Positions 38,425 to 47,542 of a DNA stretch of 64,000 nt are shown piece after piece (positions within the stretch are counted from its first letter, which is position 1; each line of letters begins with the position of its first letter). The notes beneath the pieces are model-generated. The model made no database searches, was not told where the DNA came from, and saw only the letters and a list, made by a program, of their open reading frames with translations. A program made the position numbers and the translations under genes. This stretch comes from Dehalococcoidia bacterium (GTDB lineage Bacteria > Chloroflexota > Dehalococcoidia > Lucifugimonadales > UBA3495): positions 564,466-628,465 of the forward strand of contig CBDBDT010000001.1 of NCBI GenBank assembly GCA_965203975.1. The letters run 5' to 3'.

Positions 38425-40452
38425 TCAGAGGTTCAGTTGGTGCCTCTGCCCGGCGACGTGGAACTTCAGCTTGCTGCTTGGTTTCATCGACGGTATGGGG
38501 TTGAACCGGAGTTTGAAGTTCGCCGGTGACACCTGGAGATTGAAGTAGTGGGCGACCATCAGCACGTTGACGGCCAACTGCAACTCCATCCAGCGGGAGC
38601 CGAGACAGGTGTGGGTGCCCAGGCCGTAAGGCGCGTACCCGGGACTGAGGTGCTCATTGCGGGGAGGCAGGTAGCGGTCGATGTCGAACTTGAAGGGGTC
38701 CGGGAAAACTTCCTCCATGTAATGTGTGGCGGTCTGGGCGATGAAGACCCGGGATCCCAAGGGCAATTCGCAGTCCTCGACGACGCAGGAATTCATCACA
38801 TTCCGGATGGACATGGGAACGATGGGGTATACGCGGTGGCACTCCATAATGAAGCGGTGGGTAACATCGATAGTGGACGGGTTAAATTCGTCGGGATCCG
38901 GATCACCGTTGGCGAACAGGGTGTCGGCTTCGGCCTGGATTCTGGCGCAGAGCTCCGGCTGGGACGCCATAGCGTACAGGGCGAAGCTCAAGGCATCACC
39001 GAGGTAGGCGCTGGCTACCAACGCAGCGGTAAAGGCGAATCGGAGGTTGGATTCGGGTATGAACTGGGGGTCGCTGGCGTGGAGGCTCAGGTAGTCGTCG
39101 ACCAGATTCCGGTGTTGCCCGGCCCGCTGGGCAGGAGTGTGTACGCTCTGGACCCGTTCGACTAACATCGAGATGAATTTCGCTCGACGCCTCATGCCGG
39201 GAGTATTCAGCATGAACTTGGGCAGGATTTTTACGATGTGAACGCTCAGAGCCCGTTCCTTGAATTTCAGGAGGTCGTCGATGATGTCCTGAGTTTCAAC
39301 CCCGACCATGAGGGGGGAAATTTGAGCGTTGATCATCCGACGGCTCATGCCCGTCGCTGGGTAGGTGTCCCCGACCTTCCACTGGGCCATGTGCTTTCGG
39401 ACATGCCCGTAGAGTTCGTCCATCTGTCCGGCCAGCCGGTTGCGGGAATAGGCTGCCGACAAGGACTTGCGCAGCCGGAAATGATCGGCGCCATCAAGGG
39501 AAGGCAAAACTCCCGACGCACCATAGACATTCTCGAAGTCGACGAAATAGTCCCTGGCCCGGAGGTACATTCGGCCCCGACGATGGACCCAGCGATTCGT
39601 TTCGGCGCCGGCCAGGAAGATGAGAGGCTTGGCAAACGGCGGGCGAATCTGAAACACCGGGCCATATTCGCGCGCCAGGTCGGCAAAGAGAGCTGGGACG
39701 TTGCCCTGACGTAGGTTGGAGTTGAACAGCGTCCTGCGGAGGGACACGGTGGGGATTCTCCTGGTCAGGGCCGAACGCCGAAGCATGGGCCCGGCCAGGT
39801 TGTGGGCCACCGCTTCGCCTATGGCGCGGCCGATCAGCTCCAACCGGCAGACAGCCTGAATGCGCTCCTCCTGCTCCTCATCAATCTGGAATATGAACCG
39901 CAGGACATCGCAGGTATTAAGCAGGGAAATGATGACGGCGTCTCTCGGGGAGGGGATCTCGTTATTGAAGATGACGTTGGTGATGCGGGATTCGACAAAC
40001 TCGACGGCGGTGCCTTCACTGTTGGCCGCGCCGGTTCCCCGCCAGGCCATGTTTTGTGAAAGGGTCCAGAACTCGCCGTCGTGGTGCTGCAGGATATTCA
40101 GGTCGACTAGGCGGTCCAGGCTCAAGTCGATGACCGACTCGGCGCGAGAGGCGTGCCGCTCGATCCAGTACTGGGCGTTTCGTCGCGCCGGTTCCTCCGC
40201 GATCTCCTTCAGAACCGGGTCAAGGATGGGGCTGCCAACTTCCGCCCGGTCCAGAAGGATGAGGGACTCCATATCCGTGTCGATGCGGTGTATGAGGGAC
40301 AGTTCCGCGAGAACCGCACCGATGACCGCACAGTTCAGGTCCCAGCCCGGCACCTGGTGAAAGTAGCCGGTTTCCTGGTTCAGGAGCATCAGAATGAGTT
40401 CCTCGGGCAGGCTCAGTTGTTGCGTTGCCGAACCGTCTGTTACCGAAGTCAT
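38425..40452 (-). CDS. cytochrome P450 with an N-terminal GPP34/GOLPH3-like domain (fusion)
   Basis: The N-terminal ~220 aa (LPEELILMLLNQETGYFHQV...AVIGAVLAELSL) look GPP34-like. The C-terminal part has ExxR (ECHRVYP) and the heme-thiolate loop YGLGTHTCLGSRW. Confidence 0.8.
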   Translation of the reverse strand: MTSVTDGSATQQLSLPEELILMLLNQETGYFHQVPGWDLNCAVIGAVLAELSLIHRIDTDMESLILLDRAEVGSPILDPVLKEIAEEPARRNAQYWIERHASRAESVIDLSLDRLVDLNILQHHDGEFWTLSQNMAWRGTGAANSEGTAVEFVESRITNVIFNNEIPSPRDAVIISLLNTCDVLRFIFQIDEEQEERIQAVCRLELIGRAIGEAVAHNLAGPMLRRSALTRRIPTVSLRRTLFNSNLRQGNVPALFADLAREYGPVFQIRPPFAKPLIFLAGAETNRWVHRRGRMYLRARDYFVDFENVYGASGVLPSLDGADHFRLRKSLSAAYSRNRLAGQMDELYGHVRKHMAQWKVGDTYPATGMSRRMINAQISPLMVGVETQDIIDDLLKFKERALSVHIVKILPKFMLNTPGMRRRAKFISMLVERVQSVHTPAQRAGQHRNLVDDYLSLHASDPQFIPESNLRFAFTAALVASAYLGDALSFALYAMASQPELCARIQAEADTLFANGDPDPDEFNPSTIDVTHRFIMECHRVYPIVPMSIRNVMNSCVVEDCELPLGSRVFIAQTATHYMEEVFPDPFKFDIDRYLPPRNEHLSPGYAPYGLGTHTCLGSRWMELQLAVNVLMVAHYFNLQVSPANFKLRFNPIPSMKPSSKLKFHVAGQRHQLNL

Positions 40453-40561
40453 CAGTCCTGGTCTCCCCGCGGCATGGCGGCATCTGCGATGTGGTTCGAG
40501 TTCTCGGAACCCATTTTGAGTATATCATTGGCCCCTGGGAGAGCGGCGTGGGGCAGCATTT

Positions 40562-40609
40562 AGAAACTTCCTCAAAACCAAACCTTGAATTTCGGAGGCG
40601 CGTGGCGCG
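40562..40609 (+). repeat. solo left half of the MITE-like element
   Basis: AGAAACTTCCTCAAAACCAAACCTTGAATTTCGGAGGCGCGTGGCGCG. Confidence 0.7.
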
Positions 40610-40664
40610 GGAATGACGGGAGATATGGAGGGTGTAATCTGGAAGTGCTGCGGGGCGAACTGAT

Positions 40665-40690
40665 GGGTTCCTGCCTCCGCAGGAACGACG
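40665..40690 (-). repeat. GC-hairpin REP-like repeat (family B)
   Basis: GGGTTCCTGCCTCCGCAGGAACGACG; stem TTCCTGC/GCAGGAA. Confidence 0.75.
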
Positions 40691-40733
40691 AGAGAGGCGG
40701 GGACGAAACCACCTAAATTGCAACTCTGCCGGG

Positions 40734-41513
40734 TTAGAATTCGGGCTGGCGTTTTTCCTTGAAGGCCTGGATTCCCTGGCGGGGATGGGGGGATGTGGTG
40801 AAGTATTGGACGAAGGCGGAGCTTTCGAGGGCAACGCCGTCGCGGATGGGGAGATGGCGGCCGGCCTGGGTCACGGACTTAATCCAGCCGAGGCCGGTGC
40901 GGCTCTTGGTGCGGAGGGGCGCGACGAGATTTTCCAGCTCCTCGTCGAGCTGGCCGCTGGGGACGGAGCGGAGGGCAAGACCCCACTCAACGGCTTCCTG
41001 GCCGGTGAGCCAGCGCCCGGTGGTGAGAAGCTCCATGGCGCGCTGCATTCCGACGCGGCGGGGGAGACGCTGGGTGGAGCCTCCGCCGGGCATGAGTCCG
41101 AAGTTGGCGTGCTGGTCGCCGAGGCGGGCGTCATCGGCGGCGATGACCATGTCGCAGGCGAGAGTGAGCTCCAGTCCTCCGGCGAGGGCGTATCCCTGGA
41201 CGACGGCGATGACGGGGATGGGCAGTTCCTCAAGCTGGAGGAAGCAGCGGTTGAGGACCTCGACGTAGCGGTTGAAGAGGACGGGCTCGTCAAAGGCGGC
41301 GTCGAAGTGGAGGAGGTCGGCCCCGGCGCAGAAAGCCCGCCCCTCGCCACGGACGGCGAGGACCTTGATGGTCTCGTCTCCGGCCAGGCCGTCGACGGCG
41401 CAGGAAAATTCTTCCAGCAGTTCGAGGCTGAGGGCGTTGAGGGCGTCGGGACGGTTGAGGGTGATGGTGGCGACGGCGTTGCCGCGGTCCAGGCGGATGT
41501 TGCTATACTCCAA
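40734..41513 (-). CDS. enoyl-CoA hydratase/isomerase (crotonase) family protein
   Basis: FCAGADL ... AVVQGYALAGGLELTLACDMVIA. Confidence 0.85.
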   Translation of the reverse strand: MEYSNIRLDRGNAVATITLNRPDALNALSLELLEEFSCAVDGLAGDETIKVLAVRGEGRAFCAGADLLHFDAAFDEPVLFNRYVEVLNRCFLQLEELPIPVIAVVQGYALAGGLELTLACDMVIAADDARLGDQHANFGLMPGGGSTQRLPRRVGMQRAMELLTTGRWLTGQEAVEWGLALRSVPSGQLDEELENLVAPLRTKSRTGLGWIKSVTQAGRHLPIRDGVALESSAFVQYFTTSPHPRQGIQAFKEKRQPEF

Positions 41514-41719
41514 GAAAGGCCTCCGATGGTCAGTCCGGGGTTAATCCGGCAAGTACAGAATGGCGGATTCCAATATAACAAATGGGTGGAGAAATGCGGG
41601 CGGGCAGGGACAGCGGATAGCGCCCTGTAAGTGCCGCCCGTATAATGGGGCCAACCTTGGGGGGACCGTCCCCGGACTACGCTTCAATCCACCCCGACGG
41701 AGTTGGACGAGTGGCTTAC

Positions 41720-42154
41720 ATGAACTTCAGCTGGATCCTGGAGGGGTCGCTGGCCGGCGCCCAGGGTCCCACGAACAACCGGGACATCACCTTCCTGAAG
41801 CTGCAGGATATACAGGCGGTGGTGAGGATGGAGGAGAACACCATCTCGACGGAGCCGTGGGGGATGAAGGAACTGTACGAGCCGGTGCGGGACTTTTCTG
41901 CTCCGTCCATGGAGCAGATACACCGGATAGTTACCTTCGTGGAAGAGGAGATGGAGACGTGGGAGCGGCCGGTGGTGGTGACCTGCGCCGCCGGGATAGG
42001 CAGGACCGGCACGATCCTGGCGTGCTACTTCGTGAAGGTGGGCTACCAACCGCAGGAGGCGATAGACTGGGTGCGTCAGCTGAGGCCGGGGTCGATCCAG
42101 ACGCGGGGGCAGGAGGAGGCGGTGCGGCAGTATTTCGAATATCTGCGGGGATAG
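41720..42154 (+). CDS. dual-specificity / Cys-based protein phosphatase
   Basis: CX5R loop VVVTCAAGIGRTGT. ATG 41720 (MNFSWILEGSLAG) is preferred over the upstream track start at 41645. Confidence 0.65.
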   Translation: MNFSWILEGSLAGAQGPTNNRDITFLKLQDIQAVVRMEENTISTEPWGMKELYEPVRDFSAPSMEQIHRIVTFVEEEMETWERPVVVTCAAGIGRTGTILACYFVKVGYQPQEAIDWVRQLRPGSIQTRGQEEAVRQYFEYLRG

Positions 42155-42270
42155 CGTCCGGGGAATCCATATCCCGCCGCTTTCGCCGCTGACTGGGGTA
42201 ACTTGTCTAAGACGGCTGGGCGGCGGGTCCAGAAGCCATCCCCGCTTGGGAGGAAAGGGACGGAATTGGT

Positions 42271-42558
42271 TCAGGCGGCCTTGCGTTCGGCCTCCGACTG
42301 CATCAGCAGCAGCCACGGGTCATGGCTGGCTTCCACATCGTAGTAGATGCGAGCGCACTGGAGGCACTTGGCGAAGACCAGTTCGTGGTCCCGCTCCAGA
42401 TACAGGTCTCCCTGGCAACGGGGGCATGACTTGAGGTTGAACTGGGGCCATGCCTCCGACGTACCGGTTGACCTGACGGCAACTTCTTCCCGGACACGTT
42501 CTGCCACCACGGCTGTCACCCCTACCCTTGGGAACGGGCCGGGTGAGTTTCGGCCCAT
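42271..42558 (-). CDS. hypothetical zinc-ribbon protein
   Basis: CPRC...(17)...CLQC four-Cys motif. No family recognised. Confidence 0.4.
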   Translation of the reverse strand: MGRNSPGPFPRVGVTAVVAERVREEVAVRSTGTSEAWPQFNLKSCPRCQGDLYLERDHELVFAKCLQCARIYYDVEASHDPWLLLMQSEAERKAA

Positions 42559-42697
42559 CCCAGATTTTTGAAGTCCTATGCCGGGAGTACGGGGCAGGGA
42601 AGGGTTTGGATTCGTACCCTGGATTCGTGATGAACATTATTCGGGAAAGCCGGTCCGGCCCTTCAAACCAGAACTTTTTTGCGAGGTAGTGGAGCAG

Positions 42698-43186
42698 ATG
42701 AGCAGCTTGCCCGTTCCCTTGGGTATTCCGAAGGAAATCCTGGAGGAGGTGTACCGGCAGGCCCGGGCGTCGTTCCCGGCAGAGTGCTGCGGATGGCTGG
42801 CGGGCCCGAGGGATGGAGAGTCGGTTTCAACGATCCGGCCGTGCGTGAACGACCAGTCATCGGGGAACCACCCGTCCAAGCCGGACCGGACGGCGGAGAC
42901 GGCGTATGTTTTCACGGCGGCGGACCTCATGGAATTGAACAACGGGCTGGACGGGGAAGAACCACCGCGAATCATCTACCATTCCCATCCCAACGGGCAG
43001 GCCTATTTGTCGGAGACGGACCGCAGTGTGGCGGCGAGCCCCTGGGGGGACGGGCCCGCGTATCCGGTGCAGCAGTTGGTGGTGGGCATTGACGGAGCAA
43101 GGGTGGTGGAGGCTGCCCTGTTCGACTGGAGCGATGAAAAGGGCGGGTTCGTGGAGATAGCGAGGTTCGAGGGGGCGGAGGTCTAA
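42698..43186 (+). CDS. JAB/MPN (JAMM) domain metalloprotease
   Basis: ECCGWLAG (catalytic Glu region) and HSHPNGQAYLSETD (HxHx7Sx2D). Confidence 0.7.
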   Translation: MSSLPVPLGIPKEILEEVYRQARASFPAECCGWLAGPRDGESVSTIRPCVNDQSSGNHPSKPDRTAETAYVFTAADLMELNNGLDGEEPPRIIYHSHPNGQAYLSETDRSVAASPWGDGPAYPVQQLVVGIDGARVVEAALFDWSDEKGGFVEIARFEGAEV

Positions 43187-43247
43187 TGTCCGCCCGGTCA
43201 TTTGGAGTGACGCAAGGTATCCATTACAAAGATGCTGAGGAGGCGAA

Positions 43248-43580
43248 ATGGCGATATACAGGGTATTTTCGGACGGGGACGGCGAGAGCCACTTCGAGGA
43301 CCTGAAGCTGGAGGAGCACCCGGAACTGGGAGCACTGGCGAATGTGTCCGAGGTTAAGGTGCAGGAGTTCGACGGGTCGCGTCACATGGACTTTCACCCG
43401 CTGCCCGAGCGCCGGTTGATTATTCACCTGTCCGGGGAGGTGGAGATCGGGACCAGCGACGGGGACAAGAGAGTGCTGCGGACCGGGGACATCCGGCTGA
43501 TGGAGGACGTCACCGGCAAGGGACACTCGCACAATGACCTCACGCCATCATCGGCGGTGTATGTCGTGCTGGAGGACTGA
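43248..43580 (+). CDS. small cupin-like hypothetical protein
   Basis: 110 aa with beta-rich pattern RLIIHLSGEVEI...GDIRLMED. GAGGAGG SD upstream. Confidence 0.5.
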   Translation: MAIYRVFSDGDGESHFEDLKLEEHPELGALANVSEVKVQEFDGSRHMDFHPLPERRLIIHLSGEVEIGTSDGDKRVLRTGDIRLMEDVTGKGHSHNDLTPSSAVYVVLED

Positions 43581-43882
43581 TCTAACTTATTGCCGGGAGT
43601 CGACCGCTGATCGGGGAATGGGAAGGGACTTCTTTCGCCGCAGACCCGGGTTTTCCTAGTGTTCGGGTGGCGACAGAGGTCTGGAGGCCCTCCTTCCGCA
43701 AGTGCGACGGGAGATGGTTCGGGGGATGATCATTAAATCCGGGGACTAGCCACCTGAATCGGAACGCTACCTGCCATTGGTCCCGTCTCATCGCTTGCCG
43801 GGGCTTTGTGGCAAACTATGAATATGAAAACACGATTCTTAAAACCTGAATTGCGATTCACGATAAAGGTCTCGGGAATCGG

Positions 43883-44200
43883 TTGACAGGCCTTACTGAC
43901 ATGGCGGAGTGGGACTTCATTACCAATCACGGCGGGGTGTTGCTCGCCGTGTTCCGGCAACCGAGGATCACCGCAAGGGAGATTTCGCAGCAACTGGGGA
44001 TCACCGAAAGGGCCGTGCTCAAGATCGTCGCCGACCTGGACGAAGCCGGGTATATAACCAGGACCCGACAAGGGCGAACCAATACCTATACGGTGAACCA
44101 GGACCTACCTCTCCATGGACCGATCCTGAAGGACATAGCCGTAGGAGATTTGCTGAATATCCTCAAGCCTGATTCCTCGGAGAGGGGAACAGACGGCTAA
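43883..44200 (+). CDS. winged helix-turn-helix (MarR/ArsR-like) transcriptional regulator
   Basis: ITAREISQQLGITERAVLKIVADLDEAGYITRTRQGR. Confidence 0.65.
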   Translation: MTGLTDMAEWDFITNHGGVLLAVFRQPRITAREISQQLGITERAVLKIVADLDEAGYITRTRQGRTNTYTVNQDLPLHGPILKDIAVGDLLNILKPDSSERGTDG

Positions 44201-44248
44201 TTTCGCCACGCCCGGAGGGTCCAAGAAGTTCGTAAAGGATGGTAGTCG

Positions 44249-44569
44249 ATGGGTTTAATGTTCTGGAAAGCTCCAAAGCCCCAGGCGGTGACGTCAGCAA
44301 TAAACCGGTACCTGGTCGCCGAGTTCGGTGTCGGACCCGAGCTATTGTCGAAACTCCGGGTGTTGGAAAAGGACGGGAAATTCTCCAATCGAAAGGTAAG
44401 GATGGTCCGGGTCTTCGACCCTGAACTTGTCACCGCTGGCGTCGGGTCCACGGTCAAATACGATGACCTGGGGGTGGCCGAGAACGGGAACGCCCTTCGC
44501 TTTGAAGGGCGCTTTGAAAAGGACGGGTCGCTCTACCTGGGGGACCGGAGGCCGAAGGAGGCCAGTTAA
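44249..44569 (+). CDS. hypothetical protein
   Basis: Complete ORF with plausible composition. No family recognised. Confidence 0.4.
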   Translation: MGLMFWKAPKPQAVTSAINRYLVAEFGVGPELLSKLRVLEKDGKFSNRKVRMVRVFDPELVTAGVGSTVKYDDLGVAENGNALRFEGRFEKDGSLYLGDRRPKEAS

Positions 44570-44808
44570 GCCGCCGATTCCCTTTAGATGGCTCCGCGGT
44601 GGTGAAAATAGTCCGACTGACTTTTCCGCCCGAGGTACTCCACTGCAAACGAAACGTTTGGAATGAAACGTTCCAGTCCACATCCTGCCGTTACTCCAGA
44701 GCAGTTGTTGGCCTAGCGGCGCTGCGAGGTTGGGCCAAGGCTTTGAAATGATCTCAAAGTCACCTGGAGTGACATCTCCACCGTCTATTCGACTTGAGCC
44801 GAAATAAA

Positions 44809-44839
44809 GGCCCTTCCCTCTCTTAATGGGGGAAGGGCC
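44809..44839. terminator. bidirectional hairpin terminator between convergent genes
   Basis: GGCCCTTCCC-loop-GGGAAGGGCC, flanked by T-rich tracts on both strands. Confidence 0.5.
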
Positions 44840-44946
44840 TTCGTTTGTGACGTTTTCTAATTTCAGGACAGGGGCAGGGACCGGAGGAGGGCTTCGTGCC
44901 CTCCGGCATCGGGGGTGACGTTCACGGCCGGAGGCTGCGGCGCGGG

Positions 44947-45993
44947 CTACGCCAGCAGGAAGACCAGGACGCTGGCGGCTATGTAGAGGCCGATCAGGAG
45001 CAGGGCCTCCCCGGTGAAGAACTTGTTGGGGCGTCTGCGGCCTCGGGTTATGACGGAGACGATGACCACCGCTGTCATCAGGATGGCTACCACCGCGGTC
45101 AACTGGTGGATCGCGGCCACGTGGCCGTGTCCCCAGAGGGGAGAGCCGACAAGGGCGACGTCGTCCATGAACAGGATGAAGCCCATGTTGAAGAGGTTGC
45201 TGCCCAGCACGCCGGTGATGGCCAGTTCCGTGGCCCTGATGCGGATGGCAGCGAAGGCAGCGGCCAGCTCGGGCAGGGAGGTGCTGAAAGCCAGGAACTG
45301 GGTGCCTACGAAGCTGGCCTCCCAGCCCATTTCCTCGGCGATCTTCTCGCCGGTGATGGAGAGCCAAATCGCCGCTCCGACAACGAAAGAGGCGGCCAGG
45401 GCGTAGACCACCGAATAACGGAGAAGACTCTTGTCAGCGTATTGCTCCTCATCCTCGTCGTCGGAAGAGTTGGCGGCCGCCGCATAGTCGCCGTCGTTGC
45501 GGTCCCGCCGTTCGAACTTGTAGATCAGGAACATGGCAACCAGGAAGACGCCGAGGGTGACAGCAGAAACCGGGCTGATGGGCCAACCCGACATGGCGTC
45601 GGTGTAGCTGTGGATCAGCATCCCGATGGTGGCCAGGGCGATGACTGCGATGCCCAGAGCGCCCACCATTACCGAGGCCATGCTGACGGTGGAGAGGATC
45701 GGCCCGTTGCGCCAGTAAAGGTCGAGGAGGCCGATTATCAGGAGGTTGAAGATGTTGCTGCCGAAGGCGTCGCCCACCGCGAGGTCCGGCTCGCCAACCA
45801 GGGCTATGGCGCTGACGCCGGTGCCCAGCTCGGGCAGGGAAGTTGCCGTGGCCAGGAGCAGGACGCCAATGAAGGCGCGGCCCAGCCCGGTCTTGAAGGC
45901 GATGACGTCGGCCGACCTCGCCAGGAAGTTGGAGGCTATCAGGATGACAGCCGCAGTTCCGGCTAGCTGGAGCCACAAGAGGGCTAGGTCCAT
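44947..45993 (-). CDS. sodium/calcium exchanger (CaCA, YrbG-like) membrane protein
   Basis: Two alpha-repeat motifs: TSLPELGTGVSA...GDAFGSNIFN and TSLPELAAAFAA...GVLGSNLFN. Confidence 0.85.
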   Translation of the reverse strand: MDLALLWLQLAGTAAVILIASNFLARSADVIAFKTGLGRAFIGVLLLATATSLPELGTGVSAIALVGEPDLAVGDAFGSNIFNLLIIGLLDLYWRNGPILSTVSMASVMVGALGIAVIALATIGMLIHSYTDAMSGWPISPVSAVTLGVFLVAMFLIYKFERRDRNDGDYAAAANSSDDEDEEQYADKSLLRYSVVYALAASFVVGAAIWLSITGEKIAEEMGWEASFVGTQFLAFSTSLPELAAAFAAIRIRATELAITGVLGSNLFNMGFILFMDDVALVGSPLWGHGHVAAIHQLTAVVAILMTAVVIVSVITRGRRRPNKFFTGEALLLIGLYIAASVLVFLLA

Positions 45994-46084
45994 TGCAATT
46001 CCTGCTTCAAAGGGCTAAGTAACTGTCTCAAAACAGACGGTGCACTTCCCGGATGTGCTTGTCCACTGACTCTGCACTACCTTT

Positions 46085-46127
46085 TCACCCCCACCCCCTC
46101 CTTCAAGGGGGAGGAGATTTTTGATGG
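46085..46127 (+). repeat. family A repeat (divergent), abutting the leuB stop
   Basis: TCACCCCCACCCCCTCCTTCAAGGGGGAGGAGATTTTTGATGG. Confidence 0.6.
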
Positions 46128-47225
46128 TTATGCCCCACCGCCTATAGCGGCTGTTATCCGGTTGCCCATCTCTCCAGTGCCGACGGAGGGGCCTCCGCCC
46201 GCGATGTCGGGGGTGGCAAGGCCGTCGGCGAGGGCGTCTTCCACGGCCTGCTCGATAGCGGCGGCTTCTTCGGTCAATCCAAGGGAGTAGCGGAGCATGA
46301 GGGCGGCGCTGAGGATGGAGCCGACGGGGTTGGCGATGCCCTGTCCGGCAATATCGGGGGCGGTGCCGTGGATGGGCTCGTAGAATCCCTGGGTGCGGCG
46401 TCCCGGGACGGGAACGTCGGCGAGGCTGGCGGAGGGGAGTAGTCCCATGGATGCGGCCAGGACGGCGGCTTCGTCGGTGAGGATGTCGCCGAAGGTGTTT
46501 TCGGCGACGATGACGTCGAAGCGGGCGGGCCGCTGGACAAGCTGCATGGCACAGGCGTCGACGAGGACATGCTCCAGCTCAACGTCGGGGTATTCGGGTC
46601 CAAGACGGGTGGCGACCTGGCGCCAGAGGCGGGAGCATTCCAAGACGTTGGCCTTGTCTATGGAAGCCAGTTTCTTGCGGCGTCCCTGGGCGAGGGCGAA
46701 TCCGACGCGGAGGATGCGATCGATTTCGGCCTCGGTGTAGTACATGGTGTCGACGCTGGTCCAGCCGTCGGGGGTTTCGGTGCGTCCCTTGGGCTCGCCG
46801 TAGTAGAGGCCACCGGTGAGTTCGCGGACGACGACCATGTCCACACCGTCGAGGACCTCGGGCTTTAGGACGCTGGACTCGACGAGGTTTTCGTAGATGC
46901 GGACCGGGCGGATGTTGGCGAAGACTCCAAGCTGGGCCCGGAGTTCCAACAAGCCGTCCTCGGGACGCATGGAAGCGGCGGGGTCATCCCACTTGGGGCC
47001 CCCGACGGCGCCGAAGAGGACGGCGTCTGAAGTGCCGGCGAGGTCGCGGACTTCCTCAAGGAGGGGTGTGCCGTGCTTGTCGATGGATATTCCGCCGACG
47101 TCACCGTAGTGGAGGTTGAAGGTGTGGCCGAAGGATTGTTCCACCGCCTGGAGGACGTTGACGGCTTCGGCGGTGACCTCTGGGCCGATGCCGTCGCCGC
47201 CGAGGACGGCAATGTTGAATTCCAT
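46128..47225 (-). CDS. leuB: 3-isopropylmalate dehydrogenase
   Basis: IAVLGGDGIGPEV, RELTGGLYYG and NTFGDILTDEAAVLAASMGLLPSASL motifs. Confidence 0.9.
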   Translation of the reverse strand: MEFNIAVLGGDGIGPEVTAEAVNVLQAVEQSFGHTFNLHYGDVGGISIDKHGTPLLEEVRDLAGTSDAVLFGAVGGPKWDDPAASMRPEDGLLELRAQLGVFANIRPVRIYENLVESSVLKPEVLDGVDMVVVRELTGGLYYGEPKGRTETPDGWTSVDTMYYTEAEIDRILRVGFALAQGRRKKLASIDKANVLECSRLWRQVATRLGPEYPDVELEHVLVDACAMQLVQRPARFDVIVAENTFGDILTDEAAVLAASMGLLPSASLADVPVPGRRTQGFYEPIHGTAPDIAGQGIANPVGSILSAALMLRYSLGLTEEAAAIEQAVEDALADGLATPDIAGGGPSVGTGEMGNRITAAIGGGA

Positions 47226-47542
47226 AAGGTGATACTCCTGAAACGATGGGCCTGGCTACGGCGGCGGGAATCGCTGCGACAGCGTCCCACTGGGCCGACG
47301 GAGTGGGTTGTCCCCGGGGAGACGCACGATGGGCCAAAACAGGGGCAAGTATACAGTCCGTTGGGGGGAGCATCAAATTGGGGTCTGGCGGGAGGACGGC
47401 ACGGTCAGCAGGTGAAGATTTCGTGCCAATAGGAACTCCGGTGGCAATCCCTAGTATAATCGAGACTAATTAGGCCAAGAGTATCAAATTGCCGGGATGA
47501 CTCCGGGGTCATCGAAGAAACTTAGGTTAGGAGGCCACCAGA

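Noticed and set aside
44342-45367. 341-aa minus-strand ORF
   Set aside because: It is R/P/H-rich, out of frame with the CaCA exchanger gene it overlaps, and it runs through a terminator hairpin.
47455-47460. TATAAT box upstream of the SodC-like gene as a promoter call
   Set aside because: No acceptable -35 hexamer lies at 16-18 nt spacing, so it is too weak to report as a feature.
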